Positions 9,621 through 20,264 of a stretch of 64,000 nucleotides of DNA are shown one piece after another. How positions within the stretch are numbered: the first letter of the stretch is position 1; the number at the start of each line of letters is the position of its first letter. This DNA is from an uncultured bacterium (GTDB taxonomy: Bacteria; Patescibacteriota; Minisyncoccia; UBA6257; 2-01-FULL-56-20), in NCBI GenBank assembly GCA_963718575.1, contig OY970358.1, positions 258,172 to 322,171 of the forward strand, in the 5' to 3' direction. The notes under the pieces are model-generated. The model had not been told where the DNA came from. It did no database searches and was given only the letters and a program-made list of their open reading frames with translations. The translations under genes were made by a program, and so were the position numbers.

Positions 9621-9788
9621 ATGGCAGAGTGTTCTGAGTGCGACGGAACGGGGAAGGTCGAGTGTCCACGGTGCGATGGACAGGGGTGTGAGCTTTCAAT
9701 GATTCCCGGACTCACCGACGAATGTCCGCAATGCTATGGCCACTGCGAGATAGATTGTCCATGTTGTCACGGGAGCGGAGAACATTAG
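9621..9788 (+). CDS. Small DnaJ-type zinc-finger protein
   Basis: Four CxxCxGxG-like repeats. Confidence 0.75.
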   Translation: MAECSECDGTGKVECPRCDGQGCELSMIPGLTDECPQCYGHCEIDCPCCHGSGEH

Positions 9789-10035
9789 TAACACGCCGCA
9801 CCGAAGATTATCCTTTCGGTCTCTGTCTCTAGACCATCCATTGGTGAAAACTTTGCTAAACGCAAACTTACCCCACCTTTTCACCGTGGGTGGATTGCGA
9901 TAGAGTGAAGCGGAGATACTCAAGCGGCGCGCGAGAGATCTTCTGCCGGATCGGGCAGGAGCGGGATCACAAAATCCGGTTCTCGCCGGAAAAAGGTTCT
10001 AACGTCGCGGACGATGGTCCACCGCAGAAAGGAAA

Positions 10036-10067
10036 AGGGCCACGATGCTTTTGCACCATGGCCCTCG
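10036..10067 (-). terminator. Intrinsic terminator
   Basis: Minus strand AGGGCCATGGTGC-AAAA-GCATCGTGGCCCT followed by a T-rich run. Confidence 0.6.
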
Positions 10068-10100
10068 GTAAAAATGTTTGTCTTTTAAAATTAGATAGAA

Positions 10101-10613
10101 TTAGAATATCACCGTGGGCTGCCGCAAAAGGACCATCCCGGGACGCTTATCCAGCCGGATCATGCCTTTGTTATCGGGCAGATATCCGATCTGCGTATCG
10201 CCATAGTCTGCGGCCGCTTTCGCCCCTTTGCGAATCGCCTTCAGCACGTCAATGACCCATCCTTCGGGAACAAATAGCTCCCTTGGATAGGGTGCCCCGA
10301 TACCGAGGGTAAATGGATTGTGAGGGGGAAATCCCGGATCGGTTTGCTTCGTCGGGACATCGGTGACCATGATGGATTTCCCGCCAACAGAATAGCGGAA
10401 TTTCTTTTCCTTGCTCGGAGGCCTGTTCGGCCGCGCCAATCCGGCAAAGTTACGCACGAGATCCTCCGGCGTCAGGGTGAACTGGTTTCCCGCGAGCAAT
10501 GCCACGCCCGGGACCACACTGCATACTTCCACAAGCTTGCACCATCGCCACATGCTAAGCGGTAGTTCGTATACCCGCGGCATGATCACAATTGGAAAGT
10601 TCGGACGCTCCAT
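10101..10613 (-). CDS. Hypothetical protein
   Basis: Clean ORF with GGAGGA SD and terminator. Confidence 0.6.
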   Translation of the reverse strand: MERPNFPIVIMPRVYELPLSMWRWCKLVEVCSVVPGVALLAGNQFTLTPEDLVRNFAGLARPNRPPSKEKKFRYSVGGKSIMVTDVPTKQTDPGFPPHNPFTLGIGAPYPRELFVPEGWVIDVLKAIRKGAKAAADYGDTQIGYLPDNKGMIRLDKRPGMVLLRQPTVIF

Positions 10614-10752
10614 ATTACCATCCTCCTGCCGCATATTGCGGCCCTAGCAGAGTTTTACTACTGGCTTAAATGTAGAGCAAAGGTCGTGCGATTGTCAAAA
10701 GAAAAAGCGCACCCCTGGAGGAATGCGCCTGTGCATAAAACACGAAACATTA

Positions 10753-11304
10753 TCAGTAGTCGGGCTGCAAGGAGGCGGGGTTCACCCATACCCCAAAATT
10801 GACGGCGATGGGGTTGGGGTTCGTTCTGAAGATGCAGTAGGCGCCGTTCGCGTGGGAGTCCTCCGAGAGCGTGTACGCCTTGCGTACCGCAAGCGGAACA
10901 GGCGGAAAGGTTTGTACGGATCCAAGGCCGTCCTCGGTGACCGAACCGATGCCGATGAGATTCCCCTTCGTGTTGAATCGGAGCGCGACGCCGCAATTTT
11001 GACCGGTGACGGTGATGCCATCGCCGTCTATCCTCTCTTTACCGACCAGACTCCACGCCAATATGTCGGCTGAAGGTTCCGAGACATCTTCATTCCGTTC
11101 CGGTTGGTATAACGTGTAGAAGTGCCGGCCGTGAACGCTCGAGAAATGCTTCGTGAAAAGCACCTTGATGCTTTGCCCCTGGCCGTCCCCCAGGCGTAAT
11201 TGGAACATATTCTGATACAGCGGGAGAAGAAACACAGGACTGACCGCGGCCACGACGAGCAGACTATACAATCCCACCAAAGCCTTTACCCTTTTTGCTT
11301 GCAT
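10753..11304 (-). CDS. Hypothetical membrane-anchored protein
   Basis: N-terminal hydrophobic helix; AGGAGG SD. Confidence 0.6.
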   Translation of the reverse strand: MQAKRVKALVGLYSLLVVAAVSPVFLLPLYQNMFQLRLGDGQGQSIKVLFTKHFSSVHGRHFYTLYQPERNEDVSEPSADILAWSLVGKERIDGDGITVTGQNCGVALRFNTKGNLIGIGSVTEDGLGSVQTFPPVPLAVRKAYTLSEDSHANGAYCIFRTNPNPIAVNFGVWVNPASLQPDY

Positions 11305-11409
11305 CGTCGATCCTCCTTCAACTTCCAAGAATGGAAGGCTGGAAAAAATTTATCAGATTTTTGGCGATGCGTCAAATAAAGAAAATGGCCGGGCGGAAAA
11401 CAAAATATT

Positions 11410-11775
11410 TTACTTCGGCTCCACCACCACCGCCGTGCCGTATGCCAGGACTTCCGTGACGCCGCGCATGATCTCCGTCGCATCGTAGCGGGCGCCGATG
11501 ACCGCGTTCGCGCCCATCTCCCCCGCATGCTCGAGCATCAGGTCGAACGCATGCTCGCGCGTCTTTTCGCAAAGATTGGTGTAGAGCGTGATGTTGCCGC
11601 CGACGAGCGTCTGGAGGCCGGCGCCGATCGTGCCGAAGATATTTCGCGACCGCACGATGATCCCGCGCGCGACGCCCAGGTTTTTGACGATGCGGTAATT
11701 ATCCAGCTCGAAGCCGGTGGTCACCATGGTATGCTCGACTGCCCGGCTCTGCCCTGCGGTTTGGGTATTGTTCAT
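11410..11775 (-). CDS. YbjQ/UPF0145 family protein
   Basis: [13 protein letters not shown]...VGG....YT.L....RE.A...[19 protein letters not shown]. Confidence 0.92.
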   Translation of the reverse strand: MNNTQTAGQSRAVEHTMVTTGFELDNYRIVKNLGVARGIIVRSRNIFGTIGAGLQTLVGGNITLYTNLCEKTREHAFDLMLEHAGEMGANAVIGARYDATEIMRGVTEVLAYGTAVVVEPK

Positions 11776-11827
11776 ATGATAAGCATATACCTCAGCGATA
11801 GCATGAGCAAATTGGTTTCAACACTAT

Positions 11828-11855
11828 AAAAGCCCCGGCACAAACCGGGGCTTTT
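11828..11855. terminator. Bidirectional intrinsic terminator
   Basis: AAAAGCCCCGG-N6-CCGGGGCTTTT. Confidence 0.8.
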
Positions 11856-11880
11856 ATTTTCTTTAGACAAGCTTAATTTT

Positions 11881-12108
11881 CTATGCAACCGCCGGCTCCT
11901 CCGGCAACGCATCGAACTTCCCGTGGAACTCGGTTGTCCACTTGGCCATGTCTTCCGGGGACATCTTGGCGATATCTGCCGCCATCTCGGGGTGAGCTGC
12001 CTGGACGTGCTTCATGCCATCCGCCATCATCTCCTCGACCGTGTTGCCCTTGATAACTCCTGTGCACGTTGCCGGTCCGCCTGCCGCCGGACATGTCATT
12101 TGCTTCAT
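11881..12108 (-). CDS. DUF1059-like small metal-binding protein
   Basis: MKQMTC...GG..C...I.G.T.EEM....HV..AH. Confidence 0.7.
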   Translation of the reverse strand: MKQMTCPAAGGPATCTGVIKGNTVEEMMADGMKHVQAAHPEMAADIAKMSPEDMAKWTTEFHGKFDALPEEPAVA

Positions 12109-12253
12109 ATTGTTGTGTAATATTGTTATTTTTTGTTGGTTCGCTCTCGTTCGACCTGCCCTAAGAATACCATAGTTATTTCATAGTTAAGATAGTTTTA
12201 ATGGCTCTTTTGCTATAGTGCGGTCGGTTCTTTAGAGCCAGAAGGGGTTTCCC

Positions 12254-12745
12254 ATGAAACGATCCGCAACGTTGCTCGTCGCCGTGTGTTTTTGCTTCCT
12301 CACCCTTGCAACTCTCACGCCGAGAGGAGCGGCGCAGGTCAAATATCGTAACCCATTAGCTGGTAGTCCGCCATTCAAAGCATGGATGGATCATTGGCAC
12401 ACCCCCTACGTTACGAATTCCAATGCCCGGTATGACGATGCCTTTATCTCTTCGACATCGCCATATTACTACGACCCAACCTATGGAAGACACCGCGGAA
12501 CAGATTTTGGCGTTTCGACTGGTACTGCCGTTTACGCAGGGGCAGGCGGAACGGTCGCATATAGAAGTAGCGGGCTGCATTTACACTTCGAACTTCGCTA
12601 TGGGTTGGGTTCCGGCGACACCAGTCGAGATCCCTTTGCAGGTAGCTTGACACAATCAACCGAATATTGGAATCAGTACACGCTGATTACTGATCCACTG
12701 AACCCAAGTCATCAGATTCACTATCCAACAACTGCATGCCAATAG
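12254..12745 (+). CDS. Secreted M23-peptidase-like protein with internal deletion
   Basis: Signal peptide, HRGTD and HLHFE motifs, central YxHL segment missing. Confidence 0.65.
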   Translation: MKRSATLLVAVCFCFLTLATLTPRGAAQVKYRNPLAGSPPFKAWMDHWHTPYVTNSNARYDDAFISSTSPYYYDPTYGRHRGTDFGVSTGTAVYAGAGGTVAYRSSGLHLHFELRYGLGSGDTSRDPFAGSLTQSTEYWNQYTLITDPLNPSHQIHYPTTACQ

Positions 12746-12772
12746 CCAGAAAATAGTACCTTGATGATCTCC

Positions 12773-12802
12773 TCCGGCACTCGAAAGGGTGCCGGATTTT
12801 TT
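12773..12802 (+). terminator. Intrinsic terminator
   Basis: TCCGGCACTC-GAAA-GGGTGCCGGA plus T-run. Confidence 0.8.
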
Positions 12803-12856
12803 ATTATGTCAAATTTTATTTAATCTTTTTTTAATGTGGACGTGTTATGCTTTTTT

Positions 12857-13402
12857 GTGGCCATAAAAAAATTACTATTTCTCTATATTCTTCCCGCCAT
12901 GATTCTTGCCGGTGTAATTGGTGATTTCGTCGGGCTACAGTTTCATAACCAACCCGCTCCCACCGATGAAGCATCGCCGGTGCCGCCGGGCTGGTATGCG
13001 CATAATCTGAACATTCCAGACGCAGACCCGCAGATTTTGGATAATGTAGTCCTCACTAAAATAAAAGATCTTCTGCCACCTAAGGATAACGATGCTCCGA
13101 GGACCAATGACGATATCAATATCACTATTACAACTATAACATCCACGCCCGAGCAATATATCGCCAAGGAAGATCTGTCAGGGCCGGATGCCCAAATGTT
13201 GGGCATTCAAGGCACGTGGGGTCAATTCTTTTCCTACAAAACATTTTCAGTTGGTACACTCCTGGAAGGACCGGAAAATGTTTTTATATTTTTCAACGGA
13301 AACAAAGTTGAATCTTTCGACTATAATAACTCTGCGGACGCAATCGATTTTTGGAAAGTCGTTACATACTACGCACAGCATCCGACATACTACGGACAAT
13401 AG
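12857..13402 (+). CDS. Hypothetical membrane-anchored protein
   Basis: N-terminal TM helix, polar ectodomain; start codon uncertain. Confidence 0.6.
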   Translation: MAIKKLLFLYILPAMILAGVIGDFVGLQFHNQPAPTDEASPVPPGWYAHNLNIPDADPQILDNVVLTKIKDLLPPKDNDAPRTNDDINITITTITSTPEQYIAKEDLSGPDAQMLGIQGTWGQFFSYKTFSVGTLLEGPENVFIFFNGNKVESFDYNNSADAIDFWKVVTYYAQHPTYYGQ

Positions 13403-16400
13403 TTACCTCATCCCTTTCCTTAACTCACAGTATTTGCAATCCGGTTCGTGACAGCCTTTGTTCCAGAAACTTAGGTCTAAAATTTCTCGCGCCACATCCA
13501 TCACGAGCTTCTCGAGCACCTTCACTTCGCCCGGCGTGATCTCGAACTCCTCGCGATGCATCTTGCCACGATCGTCGGGCTCGATGAACTGGATGACGCC
13601 GTCCTTCATGTCGCGCTTACCCTCCTTGTCGAGCAAGAGTTTATAGAAGACAAGTTGGCGTTTGTAGTTGCCATCGCTTGATGCGGTGTTGCCTTCGATA
13701 TCGTTGCGCGACTTTGGCTTGCCGGTCTTGTAATCGATCACGCGGACGGACTCGAGCGCGGCGGGATTCGCGCCCGCACCCAGGAATTCTATCCGATCCA
13801 GCTTACCATTGATCAACGTCCCGTCTTCGAGCGGCAACGCCTCGACGCGCGCTTCGTTCACCGCGCGCGGCGACCATGTCGCGTGATATGTGTCGTAGAA
13901 GATCGGCAATGCGCGGCGGCCTTTTTCGAGCGCCTCCTCATACTCGCTTTCTTTGATCGGCTCATGCGCGAGCGATTCCTCGAAGCGCCGGATTAAATAT
14001 TCTTTGCCGCGATCTTCGCCCGGCGTACCGTCGACGCCGCTGCCGCTCAGAGCATCGAAATAACTCTTGAGCGCGGCGTGCACGGCATTGCCGAACGATA
14101 GATTCTTATTCGGCGCCTCCGGGATGCGCACGAGGTTGCGATAGAAATACGCCCACGGGCACTCCAGATAATTGTTGAGTGCCGTCACGGAGATCCCCTG
14201 TGCGCGGAAAAGCTCGTTCAGGAATTCCTTGTCTTCGAGCTCCGGCACGTTCGGATCGTTCACATGCGCCGGCGGGAATTCGATGTCGATGCGATGTTCA
14301 GAAAATCGTTTTCATACGCCGACACGTCAAGCGGTGCCAGGATCTTTTCATCGAGCGCGGCGATGAACTGCGTCGGCAGTTGCTCCTTCGCACCCTGGTC
14401 AGCTTTCGGCATCGTGACAAATACCTCCTTCCGCGCGCGGGTGAGGGCCACATAGAACACATTCCGCTCATCGACGTTGTCGCTCGCGGCCGCCGCGTCC
14501 TCTTCGTCGTCGCCCGCCGCGAGCGCAGGCTCCTGCGCTCCTCTATAGATCTTCGCCGGCAGCTTTATTGATTCCCTGTGCGTGCGCGATCCCCACTTGC
14601 GATCGACCGCATTCGAAATAAAAACGTAATCGAACTCCAATCCCTTCGAGCCGTGCGCGGTCATGAGGCGCACGCGTCCCGGCAGGCGCACGACGTCCTT
14701 GCCGCGGATCGCGATGTCGTGTTCTTCCATCAGGTCGAGGTACGCAAAAAAGTCATCCAGCGTGTAATTTCTTTGCTTCTCTATGAACGATTTCAAAAGA
14801 TCGAACAGCGCATGGAGCTTTGCCAGTTTTTCCGTCGCAGAGGGATGATTGAGCACCGCCTGGATGAACCCGGATTGATAGACGATCATCTCGAACGCCT
14901 CCGCCGCGCCGCGATTCTTGGACGCCCGCCGCCAGTCGGAAAGGTGTGCAAAGAGCGTTTGATAAGCCTGCTTTGAGGCGTCGCTTATTCCTGCGGCATC
15001 CAACCCCGCCGGATACTGCATCACTTCGTACATCTTTCGCCGCTCCCTAAAGGCGTACGCGGAAAGCTTGTACACATCGATCGGCGGGATGCCCAAAAAA
15101 TCCACGTGGAGCGCTTCCGCGAGCCAGACGTCATTGCCAAAATGCTGGACGGCGCGGAGCAGGCGCACCAGTTTTTTTATCTCCTCGTCCCCCAGCACAT
15201 CCTGATTCGACTCTATAGTGAAAGGCACGCCCTGCTTTTCGAGCATCGCCGCGAGCGGGACGACGTCCTTGTTATTGTGATAGAGTACCGCGATCTCCTC
15301 CGGCTTCACGGGCGTTTTGCCGCTCGTCAGCTCTTTTATTTTCCGCGCGATGAAATAATATTCCACGGCGGGCGAGGAAAGCACCGCCAGATGCGCCGGC
15401 GCCTCCGTGTGCGCGGCACGAGCCGCGACCGCATGCCCCGCCTTTGCCACAAGCGCGACCTCCCGCGGCGAGACGCCCTGCGCGGCGTCAAGGATCGCTT
15501 GCGTGGAACGATAATTGTTGCGCAATGTGATCAATACAACATCTTTATAGTGATCGCGGAAGTAGTGGAAGTTCTCGAGCGACGCGCCCTGAAACCGATA
15601 GATCGCCTGCTTCTCGTCGCCCACCACGAAGAGATTGGGCCGGTCAGTCGCGCCGGCGATATATTCTATGATCTTGTTCTGCGCATCATTCGTGTCCTGA
15701 TGCTCGTCCACAAGAAAATGGTCGTATGCGCGCTGGAGCACCTGCGTGAGCTCCGGATCGTGCTCGAGCGCGAGCGCGACATGCATGATCATATCGCTGT
15801 AGTCATATTGCCGCGCGGCGGCGAGCGCCTTTTGATATTCCGCATAGATCAGCGCCACTTCGATGTTCCGCTCCGCCTGTTTGGACGCCGTCACATATTT
15901 CCCCTTCATCTTTCCCTCGAACTTGCCGGACTGGTTCATCAAATCCGGATTCGTATAAAAATCTTTCTTCGCATCCGCGGCGATCGTGCTGAAAAGCTCC
16001 GGCGAGATTCCCTGCTGTTTCAGCTCGTTGATCGCGCCGAGGATGGCGCGCAGATGATAGTAGCGGTCGCCGAACGGACGCAGGTCCTTCAATGGAAGCG
16101 CATCGAGCAATCGCCGCAGGATGCTCACCTGCTCGATCTCGGTGATGCTCGACGCCCCGATGATCGTCGGGAAATGATCGGGGTAGTCGCGGATGATGCG
16201 GTTGGCAAATCCGTGGAACGTGGAGATTTCCACGCGATAGGCGTCGGCGCCGATCAGTTCCACGAGCCGGCGGCGCATCGAGATCGCGCCGGATTCGGTA
16301 AAGGTGAGCGCAAGGATCTTCTCGGGCGCAACTGCATGCTTCGCGCTGCGCGCGTGCGCTGCGGGATCCCCGGTGCTTCGCAATATATGCGCAATGCGCA

Positions 16401-16542
16401 TGGTGAGCACCTCCGTCTTCCCCGTCCCCGGACCGGCGACCACCATCACCGGCCCGTCGAGCGTGTCCACCGCCTGCCGCTGTTCGGGGTTGAGCGATGC
16501 ATAGCGTTCTTCAAACATGGCTGACGTTCCGGGCGTTGGCAT
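13403..16542 (-). CDS. UvrD/PcrA-like SF1A helicase fused to a PD-(D/E)XK nuclease (AddA-like), one frameshift near 14300
   Basis: AGPGTGKT, LTFT, DEHQD, VGDEKQAIY, NYRS, HGSKGLEF, YVALTRAR; downstream ORF has GKLDRI, IDYKTG, QLVFY and Fe-S cysteines CP...CxxxxCxxC. Confidence 0.88.
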
Positions 16543-16674
16543 CCCACAAGCTTACCGCCAAACCGCGTGGCGCTCAACGGGCAAAGCGGCGTGCCGTTAT
16601 CTTGCGAAATCTCGTAAATTTAGGTATACTATGAGACGGTAAAATTGACATCACCCAGAGGAGGATCTACCCCG

Positions 16675-17058
16675 ATGATAAAAACCGCTGACTCCACGAA
16701 CGCGATAATCGTCGTAGTGGAAAGCATGAAGATAGCAGATGGCGTAATCCAGGAGTTTCAAATACCCCCGCATTTAATCGATGAGTTCTATCTGCGCTTG
16801 ATCAATTACTGCGCAGGAAAATCCATCACTTCGATCAACGCGCCCTGCTTCTCGCTGGTCGCTGCAAAAAATTTCGTGCTGGCGGGCGCCATACGTCAGG
16901 CCACTGACAAGATCGAGAGGTTGATACAACGGTACAGCCTCGGAGCCCAAACGGAAAGACCCTTAATCTATCGGAGGCTCCTCTTTATGTTTTCTCAGCA
17001 CTTGGAAGCTTTGGAACCTAAAGAAGAAGAATTGTTACCTCACGCCTGCGCCAAATAG
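16675..17058 (+). CDS. Hypothetical ORFan
   Basis: GGAGGA SD, upstream TATACT, own terminator. Confidence 0.6.
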   Translation: MIKTADSTNAIIVVVESMKIADGVIQEFQIPPHLIDEFYLRLINYCAGKSITSINAPCFSLVAAKNFVLAGAIRQATDKIERLIQRYSLGAQTERPLIYRRLLFMFSQHLEALEPKEEELLPHACAK

Positions 17059-17083
17059 ATCCCCCGAACTTCCCCGACACTAA

Positions 17084-17109
17084 AAAGACCCCGATCGCTC
17101 GGGGTCTTT
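17084..17109. terminator. Bidirectional intrinsic terminator
   Basis: AAAGACCCCGA-TCGC-TCGGGGTCTTT between convergent genes. Confidence 0.8.
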
Positions 17110-17148
17110 CTTTTTCTCTATTACTTCGCGGCTAGACCGGAGACACTC

Positions 17149-18075
17149 CTAGAACCCGAAGAGGTGCTGGAAGAATCCGCCGATGGCGCCAACGATGCCT
17201 TTGAAGCCAAAGTCGCCGGCACTGCCAAAGCCCTTCATGCCGACCGAGGAAGAAGCACTCGCTCCCTGATCGATGATCGAGGATGCCGTCACCGATGTGC
17301 CGTTCACCACGCCCTGCACGATGACGTTATCGCCCACCGCGATATTGCCGATCGCCGTGCTCGTGCCGTTCTTTACGATCGTGGTGCTTGCCGCGTCGAT
17401 CGAGTACGTGACATTGCTCGCGTTTGTCACGGTGACCGTCGTGCCGCTGATCGCGGTGACATTGCCGCCGATGACCGGTTCGCCGTTCCCCTGGACGATC
17501 GGCGTGCCTGACGGAGTCGAAGAGCCCGCGCCGCGCGGACCAAAGCCCCTGCCCGGCATGCCGGGCATCCTTCCCGCGCCCACGCCGTCACGAATGACGG
17601 TCGCGGTGACGTTTGTTCCGCTCACCGTTCCCTGCACCACCACCATATCGCCCACTGCGATATCCGAGAAAGGAACCGTCGTCGTTGCACCGCCTTTATA
17701 GATCGTCGCGTTGCTCGCGTTCACATTATAGGTGGCCGACGGCGCCGGCGAAGGAGCCGGCATGCTGCTCGTTGCCATATTCACCATCGGCATCGGGCGT
17801 GCCCATGTCTTTGAGGTGACCGTCAATGTATCGCCGCTCTCGTTCACCGCACTCACCGTACCAACGACCGCCGGAGGTACCATCCCGCCTATCGGACCCT
17901 GGTGCCGCACCACACTGCCATTCGCACCATCACGGATGCCTCCCTGCACGTTGACGCCGGGAACGCCTGCGCCCATGCTACCGCTCGTCTGCGCAAACGC
18001 AGGCATAACGACCGCCAAGCTTGAAGCGATTACGATCGCCGCCGCCCACGAGATTGTGTTTATTGCTTTCATCAT
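17149..18075 (-). CDS. Secreted protein with two DUF5666-like OB-fold repeats
   Basis: Signal peptide; repeated GTVSAV...IAVGDxVxVQG.V.GT.VTA. Confidence 0.75.
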   Translation of the reverse strand: MMKAINTISWAAAIVIASSLAVVMPAFAQTSGSMGAGVPGVNVQGGIRDGANGSVVRHQGPIGGMVPPAVVGTVSAVNESGDTLTVTSKTWARPMPMVNMATSSMPAPSPAPSATYNVNASNATIYKGGATTTVPFSDIAVGDMVVVQGTVSGTNVTATVIRDGVGAGRMPGMPGRGFGPRGAGSSTPSGTPIVQGNGEPVIGGNVTAISGTTVTVTNASNVTYSIDAASTTIVKNGTSTAIGNIAVGDNVIVQGVVNGTSVTASSIIDQGASASSSVGMKGFGSAGDFGFKGIVGAIGGFFQHLFGF

Positions 18076-18211
18076 AATTTTAATATTTTTAAAGTATCGT
18101 TATTGTTTATTTATGTGCGCATCGTCCTGCTTCGACCGCCAAGCCCAATGCGCATTCAATATATTGTACGCCCTGCGGGCGCAAAAGGGTTCAGCCGCTA
18201 TCTACTCCGGC

Positions 18212-19417
18212 TTACCGGGGAAAACTAGGCGCTCCGCAGGCCTGCAGGTCCTGGAGCGTCAGCGGTTCCCCTGCCGCGGCACGCACCGCCATGATGGGAC
18301 ACGGCAGTTTGAGCGGCGGCGGCCGCATCCCCGCCGCGAACTGATCGGTGGTCAGGCCTCCGCGATATTCAAAATGCGGCTCATCCCCCGGCCCGCCATT
18401 TCCCAATCCGCAATACGCGCCGATCGCGATGAGCTGAGGCCAGTCGATGTTGTATCCGTTGATCCTGTCCACGATATCCACGGCAAATCCATAGTTGTGC
18501 AAGCTGTGTCCCGGCGGCGCCTCGCTCACGATCGTGCCGTCTTCCAGCCGGCCCTCGTCGTATATCTGCTGCTGCTGTTCCATTGTCCGAAATCCCGACG
18601 TGATCCGAAGATCGAATCTGTACACCGCGGCGGTCGGCAGAAAACAATCGTCCACCTGGGTGATGAAGTTCGGATCAAGCCCGGTGGGGACCGGCGCCGC
18701 CTTCACCGCATACGTCGCGCGCCAAAAAAGAATGACAATGATCGCAACGATGATAACCGCCGCCGCGATCCCCACCACGCGCGAGCGGCTGAGCAGAAAC
18801 GCGAGCAGAATGACAATGAGTTGTAATATAATATTCGCCAATATCAAACCGAGCGCGGCAAGCCCCATCGCCGCGAGCGGCGGATAATTGACGAATAGAA
18901 GAACGATGAGCACCGGCCACACGTTTTTGAGGTCCTGCGTGGACGGTCCGAGCATCGCGCCGGCATTGAAGAGCAGGAGGATCATCACCCAGCTCTGCCA
19001 CTGCAAAAGATTTATTTGCGATAAGAATATGAACGGCGCGGCAAGGACATTTTCCCAATCGTACCAATTGGCCACTTGAGGCGGCATAAAATAATTTCCC
19101 AGGAGGTAGCGGTTGATGAGGAATAAAAAGAGCAGGCCGCCGGCGATCGGCGCGGCGGAGATAAGCAGCTCGCCAAGGAACGGGATCTTCGACTTTCGAT
19201 GCACCACGCGCGGCTGGTCGGAAAACACAGTGAACTCCTCTATTGTTGCGCCGGTCAATACGCAAAGCATCGCGTGCGACGTCTCGTGCACCAGTGCCCC
19301 GATGTAATATAAAAAACGAATGACGCCATTGTTCAAATAGCGCCAGTTCAACATATTACTCACGTAGCCGAAGGCGGTGATGAGGACAATGACGATTCCG
19401 AGACTTATGATCACCAT
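18212..19417 (-). CDS. Membrane metallopeptidase (M50-like, HETSH) fused to an M15-family peptidoglycan peptidase
   Basis: HETSH in TM region; SGFRT..QQ..Y..GR, SLHNYGFAVD and DEPHFE in the C-terminal domain. Confidence 0.75.
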   Translation of the reverse strand: MVIISLGIVIVLITAFGYVSNMLNWRYLNNGVIRFLYYIGALVHETSHAMLCVLTGATIEEFTVFSDQPRVVHRKSKIPFLGELLISAAPIAGGLLFLFLINRYLLGNYFMPPQVANWYDWENVLAAPFIFLSQINLLQWQSWVMILLLFNAGAMLGPSTQDLKNVWPVLIVLLFVNYPPLAAMGLAALGLILANIILQLIVILLAFLLSRSRVVGIAAAVIIVAIIVILFWRATYAVKAAPVPTGLDPNFITQVDDCFLPTAAVYRFDLRITSGFRTMEQQQQIYDEGRLEDGTIVSEAPPGHSLHNYGFAVDIVDRINGYNIDWPQLIAIGAYCGLGNGGPGDEPHFEYRGGLTTDQFAAGMRPPPLKLPCPIMAVRAAAGEPLTLQDLQACGAPSFPR

Positions 19418-19426
19418 TGAATCTTA

Positions 19427-19696
19427 TCACCCAATGCGAAACCCCGTAAACGTTCCCGGCGTGTCAGACCATGCTTCTTCAACGCGGGCCACCCTGGCCG
19501 TGACCGGCCCTTTCTTGCACCACGCCAAAAATTCCTTGAGCGCGGCTTCATCCCCTTCCGCTTCAATATATACCGGCCCGTCAGGGTCGTTCATCACAAA
19601 ACCGGCGACGTGCATCTTCCTCGCCGTCCAATATGCCGCGTCGCGAAACCCCACGCCCTGCACGTCGCCGTAAATCTTTATGATGAGATGTTTCAC
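19427..19696 (-). CDS. acyP: Acylphosphatase
   Basis: G.VQGVGFR, GFVMN..DG.V, GP..ARV. Confidence 0.92.
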   Translation of the reverse strand: MKHLIIKIYGDVQGVGFRDAAYWTARKMHVAGFVMNDPDGPVYIEAEGDEAALKEFLAWCKKGPVTARVARVEEAWSDTPGTFTGFRIG

Positions 19697-19699
19697 GCT

Positions 19700-20071
19700 T
19701 TACCAATACAACAGAACAATGCCGAGCACGAGCGCGACAGCCCCGCAGAACACGAGCATCCCGCTCTTGCCGAACTTCTTATAGAACGACGCAGCTGCCG
19801 CCGAGAAAATAAGGATGAACGCGCCCTTGATAAGAGCCAGCCATCCGAGGATGGTGATGAGCAACGGCAAACCGCTTGTCCACGCATTATTGAATACCAC
19901 GATCACCGCGCCGGTCCCCAGCGCAAGCAGGCCCCACACGAACAAGACTCCTTTATTCTGCACCGATTCTTCTATTGCAACGGCAACCGCCTTGCTGTTT
20001 ACCACCATCGCGATGCCCGCCACGACAAGGAAAATCCCGACTACTTGAGCAATGATAACGGAAATATCCAT
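19700..20071 (-). CDS. Four-TM membrane protein
   Basis: Hydrophobic, ITILGW..LIKG motif. Confidence 0.75.
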   Translation of the reverse strand: MDISVIIAQVVGIFLVVAGIAMVVNSKAVAVAIEESVQNKGVLFVWGLLALGTGAVIVVFNNAWTSGLPLLITILGWLALIKGAFILIFSAAAASFYKKFGKSGMLVFCGAVALVLGIVLLYW

Positions 20072-20264
20072 AAATAGAGATTTTTATTATTAATTAATGA
20101 TGCATATCCGGAATCGGCCTTTACTATAATGATAGCAAATCCACGTTTGTATAATAAAAAGCCGGACAGAACCGCTATCTATAAAGGAAATAACGTCGGG
20201 GCTTCGTCATTGTCGGCCGACAGCGACTCTCTTTCACTCTCGACATGATTTATCCCGTGAGATC

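Noticed and set aside
15106-16524. Long antisense ORFs (also 17732-18826, 40362-41543, 42093-43187, 61656-62873)
   Set aside because: Shadows of GC-rich real genes on the opposite strand, with no motifs of their own
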